This document shows, piece by piece, positions 30,815-40,764 of a DNA stretch of 64,000 bases. Location: the NCBI GenBank assembly GCA_963712275.1, contig CAVQHD010000001.1:608001-672000 (forward strand). Direction: 5' to 3'. The position numbers and the translations under genes are program-made. Every line of letters starts with the position of its first letter. Position 1 is the stretch's first letter. The notes beneath the pieces were generated by a model that ran no database searches, was not told where the DNA came from, and saw only the letters and a program-made list of their open reading frames with translations. The DNA comes from an uncultured Rhabdochlamydiaceae bacterium (GTDB taxonomy: Bacteria > Chlamydiota > Chlamydiia > Chlamydiales > Rhabdochlamydiaceae).

Positions 30815-31858
30815 TTATGCTAAGGTTAGCTCTTTAGTTGTTAACTCTAAGTCAGCCTTTACCATCATTTTAGCAAGTTCTTCGACGGAAACTTTGTGAA
30901 TCCACCCTAAGTTTTTTTTGGCCTTGGTTGCGTCTCCAATGAGAATATCGACTTCTGTGGGTCGAAAAAGCTCTGGAGAAATTTCAACAAGAAGCTTTCC
31001 TGTTAGACGATCAAACCCTTTCTCTTGGAGTTCTTTTCCCTTCCATTCGATTTCAATGCCGGCTTCTTTAAAGGCAAGCTCGACAAAACAACGAACGGAG
31101 GTTGTTTGACCTGTTGCCAAGACAAAATCATCAGGTTTATCGTGTTGAAGCATTAGCCACATTCCCTCAACAAAATCAGCTGCGTAACCCCAGTCGCGCT
31201 TTGCATCGAGATTGCCTAAGATCAGCTTGTCTTGGGAGCCTGTTACAATTTTAGCAACACCTAAGGTAATTTTCCTCGAAACAAAATTTTCGCCTCGTCG
31301 AGGGCTTTCATGATTAAATAAGATTCCATTGCAGGCAAAAAGCTGATAAGCTTCTCTGTAATTAACAACGGTCCAATAGGCGTAGAGCTTTGATATCCCG
31401 TAAGGAGATCTTGGATAGAATGGAGTACTCTCCCTTTGAGGGGTTTCTCTTATTTTTCCAAAGAGTTCAGACGTCGATGCTTGATAAAGTTTGACGCGAG
31501 GGTAATGGTGTCGAAGCATTTCAAGAATGCGTAATGTTCCAAGAGCATTGACTTGAGCGGTGTACTCAGGAGTTTCGAAGGATACTTTGACATCGCTCAT
31601 CGCTGCCAAATTATAGATTTCATGAGGCTTGGATAAGTCAATGATTCTTTGTAAGCTAAAACCATCGCCTAAATCTCCTTCGTGGAGAATAAAGCGGTTT
31701 TGGAGAGCAGGATCCTCACAAAGATGTCGAATTCTTGAGCGATTGGAAGAGGAACATCTTCGAACGACTCCATGGACGACATAACCTTTTGATAAAAGAA
31801 GTTCTGCAAGATAAGACCCATCTTGCCCTGTAATACCTGTAATTAATGCGCTCTTCAT
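30815..31858 (-). CDS. gmd: GDP-mannose 4,6-dehydratase (copy 2)
   Basis: [36 protein letters not shown]. Confidence 0.95.
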   Translation of the reverse strand: MKSALITGITGQDGSYLAELLLSKGYVVHGVVRRCSSSNRSRIRHLCEDPALQNRFILHEGDLGDGFSLQRIIDLSKPHEIYNLAAMSDVKVSFETPEYTAQVNALGTLRILEMLRHHYPRVKLYQASTSELFGKIRETPQRESTPFYPRSPYGISKLYAYWTVVNYREAYQLFACNGILFNHESPRRGENFVSRKITLGVAKIVTGSQDKLILGNLDAKRDWGYAADFVEGMWLMLQHDKPDDFVLATGQTTSVRCFVELAFKEAGIEIEWKGKELQEKGFDRLTGKLLVEISPELFRPTEVDILIGDATKAKKNLGWIHKVSVEELAKMMVKADLELTTKELTLA

Positions 31859-31871
31859 TATTCCCTTTTAC

Positions 31872-33086
31872 TTATGAAATTAGACTTAGGGCGGGGATTG
31901 GAGTGACGAACTGGCCGCCTCTTTGGATAAATTCTTTTTCTCGGGTTAAAAATTCACCCATAAAATGGTAAGGAAGAGTAAGGAAATAATCGGGGTTCAT
32001 ACGGCGGGCTTCGTCTTCAGAGATAATAGGGATTCGGGTGACTGTTTGCCGTCCCCACTTGATAGGATTTCGATCTGCAACGTAAGGCAATAGGTCAGAG
32101 GTGATGCCATAGTAAGCCAAAATAGTATTGCCTTTGGTGGAGGCTCCATATCCGATAACGAGTTTTCCCAGTTTTTTCTGTGTCTCTAAAAAGGCCACCA
32201 TTTCAGCTTTGTTTTGTTCGATTCGGCGAGCAAACGCGCGGTAGGTCTCTAGATCTGTGAGGCGAAGGGATTTTTCCTTTTCTCTCATGGCTTGAACTGC
32301 CGCTGTTTCATGAGCAAATCCAACATGCCGAATGTAGAGTCTGAAACTGCCTCCATTGACGTCGTTTAGCTCCACATCTTCAACTGTAAGACCACTCCGA
32401 TGTAAAATATACTCCATGGAAGCCAATGAATAATATTCGAGGTGTTCAGAGCAAATCGTATCGAAGGAATTTTTCTCGAGCATCGTTGGCAGATAACTGA
32501 GTTCAACGATCCAAAGTCCTCCAGGCTCAAGGATTTGGGCAACATCTTGAGCAAATTGAATAGGGTTTTCCAGATCATAGAACATGGCAATGCTTGTAAC
32601 GATTTTAGCCTTTTTATTTTTTAAATATTGCTCATAGGCCTTAGCGGAGAAATAGGTATTGATATGTAAATTGCAGTTTTTAGGCTTGATATTTTTTGCA
32701 GGATCGATGCCGACTCGAAACAGGTGATGGGGATAGGCGGAAAGAAGTGTTCCATCGTTGGAGGCAATATCGAGAACGACATCCTCGGGGTTTAGCTGAG
32801 TTTTTGATCGGCTTATGGCCTGCTCAACAATCGACTTTAGTGCGAGTTGCATCGACTGATTGATTCCGGACATGTACCAATACTGGTCGTACATGGCGTC
32901 AGGGTCTACTGTATGTCGAAGTTGCACAAGTCCCGACTCAAGGGAAACGCTTAGTTTCAAAGGGAGTGCGGGAGGATGGGGATCTTCAGGAGCAGGGAAG
33001 CATGAAAAAGGAAGCTGCTCTAGATCTAAGATATCAACCAACGGGGAATTAGAAATCCGGCAGGTAGATCGCTCAAAAACTTTCAT
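31872..33086 (-). CDS. NDP-sugar C-methyltransferase family protein
   Basis: DIASNDGTLL, SIAMFYDL, EHLEYYS, NGGS.R, GYGASTKGNT. Confidence 0.85.
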   Translation of the reverse strand: MKVFERSTCRISNSPLVDILDLEQLPFSCFPAPEDPHPPALPLKLSVSLESGLVQLRHTVDPDAMYDQYWYMSGINQSMQLALKSIVEQAISRSKTQLNPEDVVLDIASNDGTLLSAYPHHLFRVGIDPAKNIKPKNCNLHINTYFSAKAYEQYLKNKKAKIVTSIAMFYDLENPIQFAQDVAQILEPGGLWIVELSYLPTMLEKNSFDTICSEHLEYYSLASMEYILHRSGLTVEDVELNDVNGGSFRLYIRHVGFAHETAAVQAMREKEKSLRLTDLETYRAFARRIEQNKAEMVAFLETQKKLGKLVIGYGASTKGNTILAYYGITSDLLPYVADRNPIKWGRQTVTRIPIISEDEARRMNPDYFLTLPYHFMGEFLTREKEFIQRGGQFVTPIPALSLIS

Positions 33087-33179
33087 AGTTCTCTCGATTA
33101 TGGATGCGTTACTTTAAAGGGCAAAGTCTAACAACCAAGGTTAAAATTGTCTATGCTTGAATCGCTGAATAAGTTTTTA

Positions 33180-34109
33180 TTAGGCTTTTACAGCGGAGGC
33201 CGTAAGCTTCTCTTCCGGGAGGGCGAGCCAGTCATGGGTAAAGAGTTGCGTCACGCGATACCCCAAGTCTTCGAGCTTATCAATCGTGTGAAGGATTCGC
33301 CTGCGGGCATCTTGCGTTGTTGTTGCAAAATTGTGCCCTCCTTGAATTTCAATAATGATCACTGGGCGATTGGATAAAATGGTTTCTCTTGCGCCGTCTA
33401 GGACTTGTTCTTCCATCCCTTCAACATCGATTTTCATGAGTGAAACATCTTTTAAATGGAGTGAGTCGATCGTTAAGAGTTGTACGAACTGTCCTGTGCC
33501 TCCGACTAAAGCTGTTCCCCCTTCGTTGGTGGAATTTAAGGGGGTGAGCTCGATCTGTCCTTCATGAGCGCCTGCTCCAGCCCAGTAAAAGATCGTGTTT
33601 TTCAAGTTGTTGACGGCCATATTCAGAAAGAGTTCTCTGAAAATCTTAGGCTGTGGTTCGAAAGCAATCACTTTGCCGCTCGTGCCAACGGCGCGCGCCA
33701 TTGCCATAGTATGGGTTCCTATGTGAGCTCCGACATCTAATACGGTGGATCCGGGGTGTGCAAATTTGTAGATGGTTCTCTTAATATGGGATTCCCAAGT
33801 ACAGCCCCTTCTGAGGTGGCCTTTAATCATATCGTCGAAATTGTCTAAGTAGAAATACCCATTCTTACCGACAGAAAAAAGGTGATAGTCGGACTCTGGA
33901 AAGCGGTGGATCAAATCAATGATTTGCTCTCGATGCTGTCCATGAATATTGTCGAAGGGTAAATTTGCCGGCAGCGTCATGCTCAATTGTTCGGCAGGGG
34001 GGCGATTCTTTTTTTGATGTTTTGAGGAGTATTTTAAGAAGTATTTGAAGGTAAAGATGCTTGTCGTGACAAATAAACAGACAAAAATTCCATAGAATAA
34101 TTTTTTCAT
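33180..34109 (-). CDS. FkbM-family methyltransferase with N-terminal TM
   Basis: DVGAHIG, AFEPQ, MKIDVEG; paralog of 24291. Confidence 0.88.
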   Translation of the reverse strand: MKKLFYGIFVCLFVTTSIFTFKYFLKYSSKHQKKNRPPAEQLSMTLPANLPFDNIHGQHREQIIDLIHRFPESDYHLFSVGKNGYFYLDNFDDMIKGHLRRGCTWESHIKRTIYKFAHPGSTVLDVGAHIGTHTMAMARAVGTSGKVIAFEPQPKIFRELFLNMAVNNLKNTIFYWAGAGAHEGQIELTPLNSTNEGGTALVGGTGQFVQLLTIDSLHLKDVSLMKIDVEGMEEQVLDGARETILSNRPVIIIEIQGGHNFATTTQDARRRILHTIDKLEDLGYRVTQLFTHDWLALPEEKLTASAVKA

Positions 34110-34145
34110 AGATAGGCTCCGAGGGTAAGAATGTAGCAGAGAGGC

Positions 34146-36131
34146 CTATTCCAGTAAACTCAGCTCTTGGTAGTGCTGGAGGAGATCGCGGAAGTGGGCG
34201 GCGTCTTCGAAGCGGAGTTCTTTGGCGGCGAGCTTCATCTCGTGCTGGTAGAAGTCGATTTTTGTGTTGATGTCGTCGGAAGTGAGGTGGGGAGGGACGG
34301 GATCGCCTTCTTCTTTGAGGGTTTGGACGGTTTCGCCGAAGGTTTGGGCAAGGTCTTCGATGACGGAGCGGGTGACGGTTTTAGGGATGATGTTGTGGGT
34401 TTGATTGTAGGTCTCTTGAAGGGTACGCCGGTCGTGAGTGATTTTGAAGGCGCTGTCGATGGATTTTGTCCGCTTGTCGGCATACATCACAACGCGCCCG
34501 GATACGTTGCGGGAGGCGCGGCCGGCTGTTTGGATGAGGGAGGTTTCGCTGCGTAAAAAGCCTTCTTTATCTGCGTCGAGAATGAGGACGAGGGAGACCT
34601 CTGGGATATCGAGCCCTTCTCGAAGGAGGTTGATGCCGACGAGGACGTCGATGGTCCCGCGTCTAAGTTCGTTGATGATTTGAATGCGCTCGAGGGTATC
34701 GATATCGGAGTGGAGATACCGGACTTTGATGCCGACATCGGAGAGGTATTTGGTGAGATCTTCGGCGAGTTTTTTGGTGAGGGTTGTGACGAGGACGCGC
34801 CCTCCTTTTTCGATGGCGGTTTGAATTTCTTCTAGAGAGTCATCGACTTGATGGGTGGCGGGTTTGATTGTGATGATGGGGTCGAGAAGGCCTGTGGGGC
34901 GGATGACTTGCTGAATGATCTCTCCTTGAGCTTCTTGAACTTCCCAGCTGCCTGGGGTAGCAGAGACGTAGATTACTTGATGGATGCGTTTGTAAAATTC
35001 TTCAAACTTGAGGGGTCGATTATCGAAGGCGGAAGGGAGTCTAAATCCGAATTCGACAAGGGCGGTTTTGCGGCTGCGGTCTCCGTTGTACATGGCGTGA
35101 ATTTGCGGGAGTGTTTGATGGGATTCATCGACAAATAGGAGAAAATCTCGGGGGAAATAATCGAGAAGGCAGGGAGGAGGATCCCCTGCGCTGCGTCCGC
35201 TAAAATGGCGGGAATAGTTTTCAACTCCTTTACAAAACCCAATCTCTCGGAGCATCTCTAGGTCGTATTTGGTTCTTTCTAAAATCCGCTGATGTTCGAG
35301 GAGTTTATTTTGGGTTTCAAAGTAGGCGGCGCGCTCTTTGAGCTCGGCTTGGATGGTTTGCAGGGCTTTGAAGCGGACCTCTTCGGGGGTGACGTGGTGG
35401 GATCCTGGAAAGATGGTGATCTGGTCTTTTCGAGACTGTACCTTTCCTGTAAGGGGGTCGATTTCAGAGATGCGCTCGATCTCATCGCCAAAAAACTCAA
35501 CGCGGTAGGCGAGCTTTTCTTCATAGGCAGGCATGATCTCTAAGATGTCTCCCCGAGCCCGAAAGGTGCCTCGAGAGAGCTCATAATCATTTCGCTTATA
35601 ATGTATTTCGACGAGGTGGAGTAGAATATCGTCGCGTCGCCTTTTTTCTTGCACCTTGAGGAGGAGCTGCATCTGCCGGTAGTACTCGGGAAGGCCTAGT
35701 CCGTAGATACAGGAGACGGAGGCAACGATGATCACGTCGCGCCTCTCAATCAGCGACCTTGTTGCAGAAAGTCTCATCCGATCGATCTGGTCGTTGATGG
35801 CCATATCTTTTTCAATATAGGTGTCGGTTCTGGCAATGTAGGCTTCAGGTTGATAGTAGTCGTAGTAGGAGACAAAATACTCGACGGCATTTTCTGGGAA
35901 GAAGGCTTTAAATTCTTGGTAGAGCTGGGCGGCAAGGGTTTTATTGTGCGCCAAGATGAGGGCAGGTCTTTGCACCTTTGCAATCACGTTTGCCATGGTA
36001 AATGTTTTTCCCGAACCGGTGATGCCGAGAAGGACTTGCGATTTTCGGGGACGGTTTAACCCCTCGACAAGCTTCGATATCGCTTCGGGTTGATCGCCTT
36101 TGGGTTCAAAGATTGTCTTTAGGTTAAACAT
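34146..36131 (-). CDS. uvrB: Excinuclease ABC subunit B
   Basis: [32 protein letters not shown] domain. Likely true start is MFNLKT at 36131. Confidence 0.97.
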   Translation of the reverse strand: MFNLKTIFEPKGDQPEAISKLVEGLNRPRKSQVLLGITGSGKTFTMANVIAKVQRPALILAHNKTLAAQLYQEFKAFFPENAVEYFVSYYDYYQPEAYIARTDTYIEKDMAINDQIDRMRLSATRSLIERRDVIIVASVSCIYGLGLPEYYRQMQLLLKVQEKRRRDDILLHLVEIHYKRNDYELSRGTFRARGDILEIMPAYEEKLAYRVEFFGDEIERISEIDPLTGKVQSRKDQITIFPGSHHVTPEEVRFKALQTIQAELKERAAYFETQNKLLEHQRILERTKYDLEMLREIGFCKGVENYSRHFSGRSAGDPPPCLLDYFPRDFLLFVDESHQTLPQIHAMYNGDRSRKTALVEFGFRLPSAFDNRPLKFEEFYKRIHQVIYVSATPGSWEVQEAQGEIIQQVIRPTGLLDPIITIKPATHQVDDSLEEIQTAIEKGGRVLVTTLTKKLAEDLTKYLSDVGIKVRYLHSDIDTLERIQIINELRRGTIDVLVGINLLREGLDIPEVSLVLILDADKEGFLRSETSLIQTAGRASRNVSGRVVMYADKRTKSIDSAFKITHDRRTLQETYNQTHNIIPKTVTRSVIEDLAQTFGETVQTLKEEGDPVPPHLTSDDINTKIDFYQHEMKLAAKELRFEDAAHFRDLLQHYQELSLLE

Positions 36132-36303
36132 TAGACCTCTTGCGCAACTAAGGGTTCGTCGATTTTCTGGATTATTTTGGCCGATTTTCAATTCTTTTTG
36201 CAGGGGTAATATACGAAAGTTGATATTACCCCTGCAAAAAGAATTGAAAATCGGCTCAAAAGAACCAGAAAATCGACAGAACCTTAGTTACGCAAGAGGT
36301 CTA
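36132..36303. repeat. Palindromic MITE-like element (core family A) with RPE-like termini
   Basis: TAGACCTCTTGCG...CGCAAGAGGTCTA ends, long stem, loop ATACGAAAGTTGAT. Confidence 0.88.
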
Positions 36304-37493
36304 TTTGGTGTAAGGTGAAACATGCTTGCGATTTCAAATAAGAAAATCACGGCTGCGACGATAAAAATCGCAATTAAGATTTTCTTTCCCCCAAAGAGTT
36401 GGTAAGGGCCGGAGGCTTTCGAGAGGTATCTATTTTTCCATGCCATCAAGACGGGCAAGACTCCAAACAAGATCACAGCACAGATACCTCCTGCAAAATT
36501 GAGGGCGCGAATGAAAATAGAGGGGTAAACCATGCCGAAGAAGAGCGGAGGCGCGAGTGCTAAGAGGCAGAGCGGGATGCTCTCGTGCTTTTGCCCTTTC
36601 ACTTTTAAGGCGTCTGCTAGAAAGTGGATCAGGGCAAGGGTTTGCGCAAGGAAGGAGCTGAGAAGCGCAAAAAAGGCAAGCCCTTCAGCAAAGGTGCTGA
36701 CCCAGGAAAGTCCTAGCATGCCTGCCACAGCATCGGATGCTTGCCTTCCTTGGTTTAGACTTTGAATGATTCCCCACTCTCCTTGGAGGGGGACAATCCC
36801 TAAAACAACTCCATTCCAGATCAGATAAATGATAAGGGCAAAAAGGCTGCCTGCTAAAATGATCCGGCGTACTTTTGCTGCATCGTTGTTCATATACGTC
36901 ATGAGGGTGGGAATCATGTTATGGTAGCCAAATGCAATGACGAGAACAGGGAGGGAAAAAGGGGCATAAAGGATATTGGAATGTAGGAGTAAGTGGGGCT
37001 GAATGTAATGAACTCCTAAGACAACCATGGCAAGATAGGTAAAAATTTTACCGAACATGAACAGTCGATTCCAATAATCGACAGCCCGAGTTCCTTGATA
37101 GGCGAGGATTCCAAAAATCAGCGTAAATAAGAAAGAGCCGACCCATCTTGGGATGGAAAACGAGGTTGAGATTAAGCTTCCGCTGCCTGATGTGTAGGCG
37201 ACGAGCAGGGAATAGAACAAAAAAAGGTAAAGCGCCCAGCTTAAAATGCGGCCCAGAGGGCCCAAGGTGCGGTCTGCCATTGAGACAATATTGACACGCT
37301 CGTTAAATGTACTATTGACTTCGACGAGAAGAAGGCCTGTCAGAGTCATAAATGCCCAGACAATCAAAAACATAAAAAGAGATGGAATAAAGCCGGCGAT
37401 TCCGGTCGCAATCGGAAGCGCAAGCATCCCTGCTCCAATGCAGCTTCCTGCAATCAAAAGCATGCCTCCGATAAACGTTCCTGAAGAGCTCAT
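36288..37493 (-). CDS. tyrP: Tyrosine/tryptophan transporter (HAAAP family)
   Basis: LIAGSCIGAGMLALP, FGYHNMIPTL, multiple TM helices. Confidence 0.88.
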   Translation of the reverse strand: MSSSGTFIGGMLLIAGSCIGAGMLALPIATGIAGFIPSLFMFLIVWAFMTLTGLLLVEVNSTFNERVNIVSMADRTLGPLGRILSWALYLFLFYSLLVAYTSGSGSLISTSFSIPRWVGSFLFTLIFGILAYQGTRAVDYWNRLFMFGKIFTYLAMVVLGVHYIQPHLLLHSNILYAPFSLPVLVIAFGYHNMIPTLMTYMNNDAAKVRRIILAGSLFALIIYLIWNGVVLGIVPLQGEWGIIQSLNQGRQASDAVAGMLGLSWVSTFAEGLAFFALLSSFLAQTLALIHFLADALKVKGQKHESIPLCLLALAPPLFFGMVYPSIFIRALNFAGGICAVILFGVLPVLMAWKNRYLSKASGPYQLFGGKKILIAIFIVAAVIFLFEIASMFHLTPNRPLA

Positions 37494-37494
37494 A

Positions 37495-39141
37495 TTAAAA
37501 TTCCTTGAGCTGCTGTCTTTTTTGAGCGGTGCGAACTTCTTGATCCAGCCTTCCAAGATTGCTTCCGGTAAAATCGACAAACTTGAAAAATCTTTCAAAA
37601 GCAGGGAAAACTGTCGAAACTTGGCGAGCCAGTTCTTGAGCAATGGATCGGTATCCTGGATGTCCTGCAGGAGAAGAGCGGAGCTCGCACAGCCATTGAA
37701 GCGATCTTAAATTGACATGGAAGTACCAGTGGATATTATAGGCCATGGGAACAACGTATTGAGCTTCTTCGGGAAGCTCTTTTGAAATGACTTCATAAGC
37801 TTCTTTTGCCATCTCCATTGCAGCAGCGTAATCGTCACCCATTGAAGTGCCTACAATTTCTTCGGGGATATAATATCCAAAATGGCAGGTGAGCGGCTGC
37901 CGTTCTTGGGTCAGCATGCGGTGCCGCTGGAGATCGCGATAAATGCCAAAGTCAGCGACGATTTCAAAGGTGAATTCGGCATGTTCGAGCGCTCGAGGAG
38001 ATTTATGGCGCCGGTTTTCACGGAATTGAGCCGCTGCTTCTAAAATCTGTCCTAGGGTCTCATCGGGAAGTTTGCGGCAATAGTCTTGGAGTTCTAAAAG
38101 CCCTACATTGGTATGAGGAAAAAGAAGAGCTGCGGCAACGCGATAGAGACTATCGGGATCGTATCCAATCAACTTGACCTCGGGCTGCGCCATTTTATCG
38201 AGGAAAGCATCGTGTTGATGCGCAATGGTATCAAGCTCTGCTTGAAGCTGCTCAGTGTATTCTATAAAGGATTTTTGGTATTTGTGCGCTGAATCTGCCC
38301 GGCGGATAAAAGAAGGAATGACCTTTGAGAGCTCTTGATAGGCTTTCTTGCCGACATCTTCGAGCTCTGCAAGATGGCAGCAGTTAAATTTTTGCAAGAG
38401 TCCTTCAAAGAACCGGCCGTTTCCATAGACGCCCATATTGGTGAGAGCGCTGGCAGGAAGAAGTCCTCGCAGGCAATCCAAGACTTTGGCTCGCAAGGCG
38501 GCTGAATAGGCGACATGAGAGGTAGCAGGATCCGGAGGAAATTTTTTCTCCATGAGCTCTGTCACGGGCGGAATGAGTTTCGAATAGGTTTCAAAAAGAT
38601 GGTTGCAGGTTTTGATGAATAAGTCTCGATAAGCCGAGGTCATCAAAATCGGTTCTCGATAGAAGAGGTATTCATTTTGAAATTTTTGATCGAAATAGAT
38701 ATAGCGCGTTGATTTTTCAAGAGGCGAGCCTCCAATGCGGCAATCTTCGATGGCCTTTGCTGCAAGCATTGAGATGTTTTCAAGGGCAAGATGAGCTCCT
38801 CCAAGTTCTCCAATAGAGTCGTCGCCATATCCATCTAAAATTCGGTCGTAAAAATTTTGAGCTTTTCGAATGGCGACGATCTGATCTTCAAGGTTTTGAT
38901 CATCCCCCTCTTCTAAAGAGATGCCTGCAATGGGGGCAAAAGCCATTTCTTCGTTGAGAATAAATTCTTTTAAAAGAAGAGAGCGGAGGCCTAAAATAGA
39001 CCTGGAATAGCGAGAAAAAAGGGCTCCCTTGATCACTTCTGGGAGATTTCTGAGAGCAAAGATATTACTTGTCGTGCTTGTTACATAGCGACTTAAGATT
39101 TTAAGTTGACTTGCTGAAAACTCTTCGTAGTTCTCAATCAT
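37495..39141 (-). CDS. thyX: FAD-dependent thymidylate synthase, chlamydial tandem-domain type
   Basis: GALFSRYSR, GYGDDSIGELG, LEKSTRY, RDLQRHR; about 550 aa. Confidence 0.9.
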   Translation of the reverse strand: MIENYEEFSASQLKILSRYVTSTTSNIFALRNLPEVIKGALFSRYSRSILGLRSLLLKEFILNEEMAFAPIAGISLEEGDDQNLEDQIVAIRKAQNFYDRILDGYGDDSIGELGGAHLALENISMLAAKAIEDCRIGGSPLEKSTRYIYFDQKFQNEYLFYREPILMTSAYRDLFIKTCNHLFETYSKLIPPVTELMEKKFPPDPATSHVAYSAALRAKVLDCLRGLLPASALTNMGVYGNGRFFEGLLQKFNCCHLAELEDVGKKAYQELSKVIPSFIRRADSAHKYQKSFIEYTEQLQAELDTIAHQHDAFLDKMAQPEVKLIGYDPDSLYRVAAALLFPHTNVGLLELQDYCRKLPDETLGQILEAAAQFRENRRHKSPRALEHAEFTFEIVADFGIYRDLQRHRMLTQERQPLTCHFGYYIPEEIVGTSMGDDYAAAMEMAKEAYEVISKELPEEAQYVVPMAYNIHWYFHVNLRSLQWLCELRSSPAGHPGYRSIAQELARQVSTVFPAFERFFKFVDFTGSNLGRLDQEVRTAQKRQQLKEF

Positions 39142-39330
39142 AAGAAGACTCCTATTGGCCTTCACTTAGAGTGGCATAATTGGTGAGGCTGTTGCAAGAA
39201 AAAAGGGTATGAGGAAAAGGATCGGGCACGGCAACGCACGAAAGGAAAATCCCTCTACAATAAAATAATTTTTAATGTTTGCATTTTAAATTTTTTCCAG
39301 CATAAGATCGAAATTCCATTGGAGGTTTTT

Positions 39331-39657
39331 ATGACAGCTTTATACGGAATAAGTTCTATGAGATTACCGCATGTTAACGTCTACAAATGGGCAGCGGATA
39401 GAAAAATTTTTCTACCTGCGGATTTTAGAAAAACACCCCAAGAAGAAGCGATGTTCCTAAAACTTCTTGCCATGCGGCAATATTTTGTAAAACTCACCCC
39501 TGCTGAAGAACAGGCGAGATATAGCGAAGCATTAAAAGAAGCGGCAAAATATTTGCCAGGGAAGGGATTAAGTGATGGAACATTTATGCTTCTTCAAATC
39601 GGAGTAGGGATTTTTCTTTTTGTAATTATTATTAAAGAAATGACAGCTAAGCTTTAA
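39331..39657 (+). CDS. Hypothetical protein with C-terminal TM
   Basis: GGAGG RBS, 108 aa ORF, low GC. Confidence 0.55.
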   Translation: MTALYGISSMRLPHVNVYKWAADRKIFLPADFRKTPQEEAMFLKLLAMRQYFVKLTPAEEQARYSEALKEAAKYLPGKGLSDGTFMLLQIGVGIFLFVIIIKEMTAKL

Positions 39658-39667
39658 AGGGGATTTT

Positions 39668-40654
39668 ATGTCAATTGTGTCAACTACTGAACAAAGATAT
39701 CAACAAGCAGCAATTTATTATACAAAAAGCGATGTGTATCATACGCTAAAAAGACAATGGAAATTCATCAAGGAACCCAATCAATTCGATTGGTTGTCAA
39801 GAGCACTTTTTATTACGATAGGAACGGTAACTTACTGTACCTTTAAGGGTGTCCAAATCGGAGCTAAAATTGCAGATTCTTTATCTTTAAAAGATACCAA
39901 AAGAAATATTGTCATTGTCTGTGGAGGAGGAACAGGCTTTGCAACTGGGGTTGGCATAAGCATTACAGGCCATGCTTTAGCAATTGAACACACTAAACGC
40001 ATGGAAGAATGGAAAAAGGTTAATATAAATCAAGGCATCGAAAAGTTGATGAAAGAAGAGTTTCGAGAAGATGAAATCTGGAATCAATTTACCTGTCCTA
40101 TTTCTTATGAGCCGATGTTTTTCCCCGTCCGAACCCCTACAGGAAGCGTTTGTGAGCATACCGAATTAATGAAAGCTGCCAATGAAAACGGAATGATTAA
40201 AGATATTTATAATGAAACCATACCTTTTCCTACGGATGATGATCCCGAAGCAACGAGAATCATAACGTTTTCTATTGATGCTTGTGTCAAAGATCCTGAA
40301 ATGATGATTGTGATACACAAAAGATTTAGGCATCTTGCTCTAGATAAAGCAAGAGAAGAGGGATTAAGCCGTTCGACAAAAGATTTTTTTCTCCATTATC
40401 GGGATGCTTTGGGACAATTTACTAAAGAAATTTATATGTTGATAGAAGAAAAAATATTTAAAAAGAAACAGGATATACAATCTCAACCAAATGTGACAGA
40501 GGAAGAGGCTGAGGTTTCCGAAGCCATTTACAAGCAAGAAATAGACGAGTTTAAGGCGCTATTTGGGAATACTCCTTTCTCTAACATAGATTGGAGTATT
40601 CAACGTGATTGGATGGAAACTTTGAATAAGAGATGGCGAGAACAACATACATGA
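39668..40654 (+). CDS. Putative effector with bilobed hydrophobic segment and U-box-like motif
   Basis: Two Gly-rich hydrophobic helices followed by FTCPISYEPMFFPVRTPTG. Confidence 0.55.
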   Translation: MSIVSTTEQRYQQAAIYYTKSDVYHTLKRQWKFIKEPNQFDWLSRALFITIGTVTYCTFKGVQIGAKIADSLSLKDTKRNIVIVCGGGTGFATGVGISITGHALAIEHTKRMEEWKKVNINQGIEKLMKEEFREDEIWNQFTCPISYEPMFFPVRTPTGSVCEHTELMKAANENGMIKDIYNETIPFPTDDDPEATRIITFSIDACVKDPEMMIVIHKRFRHLALDKAREEGLSRSTKDFFLHYRDALGQFTKEIYMLIEEKIFKKKQDIQSQPNVTEEEAEVSEAIYKQEIDEFKALFGNTPFSNIDWSIQRDWMETLNKRWREQHT

Positions 40655-40764
40655 TTTAATTGTCCCTATCCTCTTGTAAAATGGTTTTTAAGCTTTTGCC
40701 CATTGCAAGTTGAAAAATCCAGTAGAGGGAGCTGCTTCGACTGTCCTGGAAAAGGAACGATTAG

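Noticed and set aside
34167..35543. Several antisense and alternate-frame ORFs inside uvrB
   Set aside because: Explained by the skewed codon usage; no protein motifs.
36132..36191. 20-aa N-terminal extension of UvrB in the ORF track
   Set aside because: It is read out of the palindromic element from a TTG; a normal UvrB start (ATG) lies at 36131.
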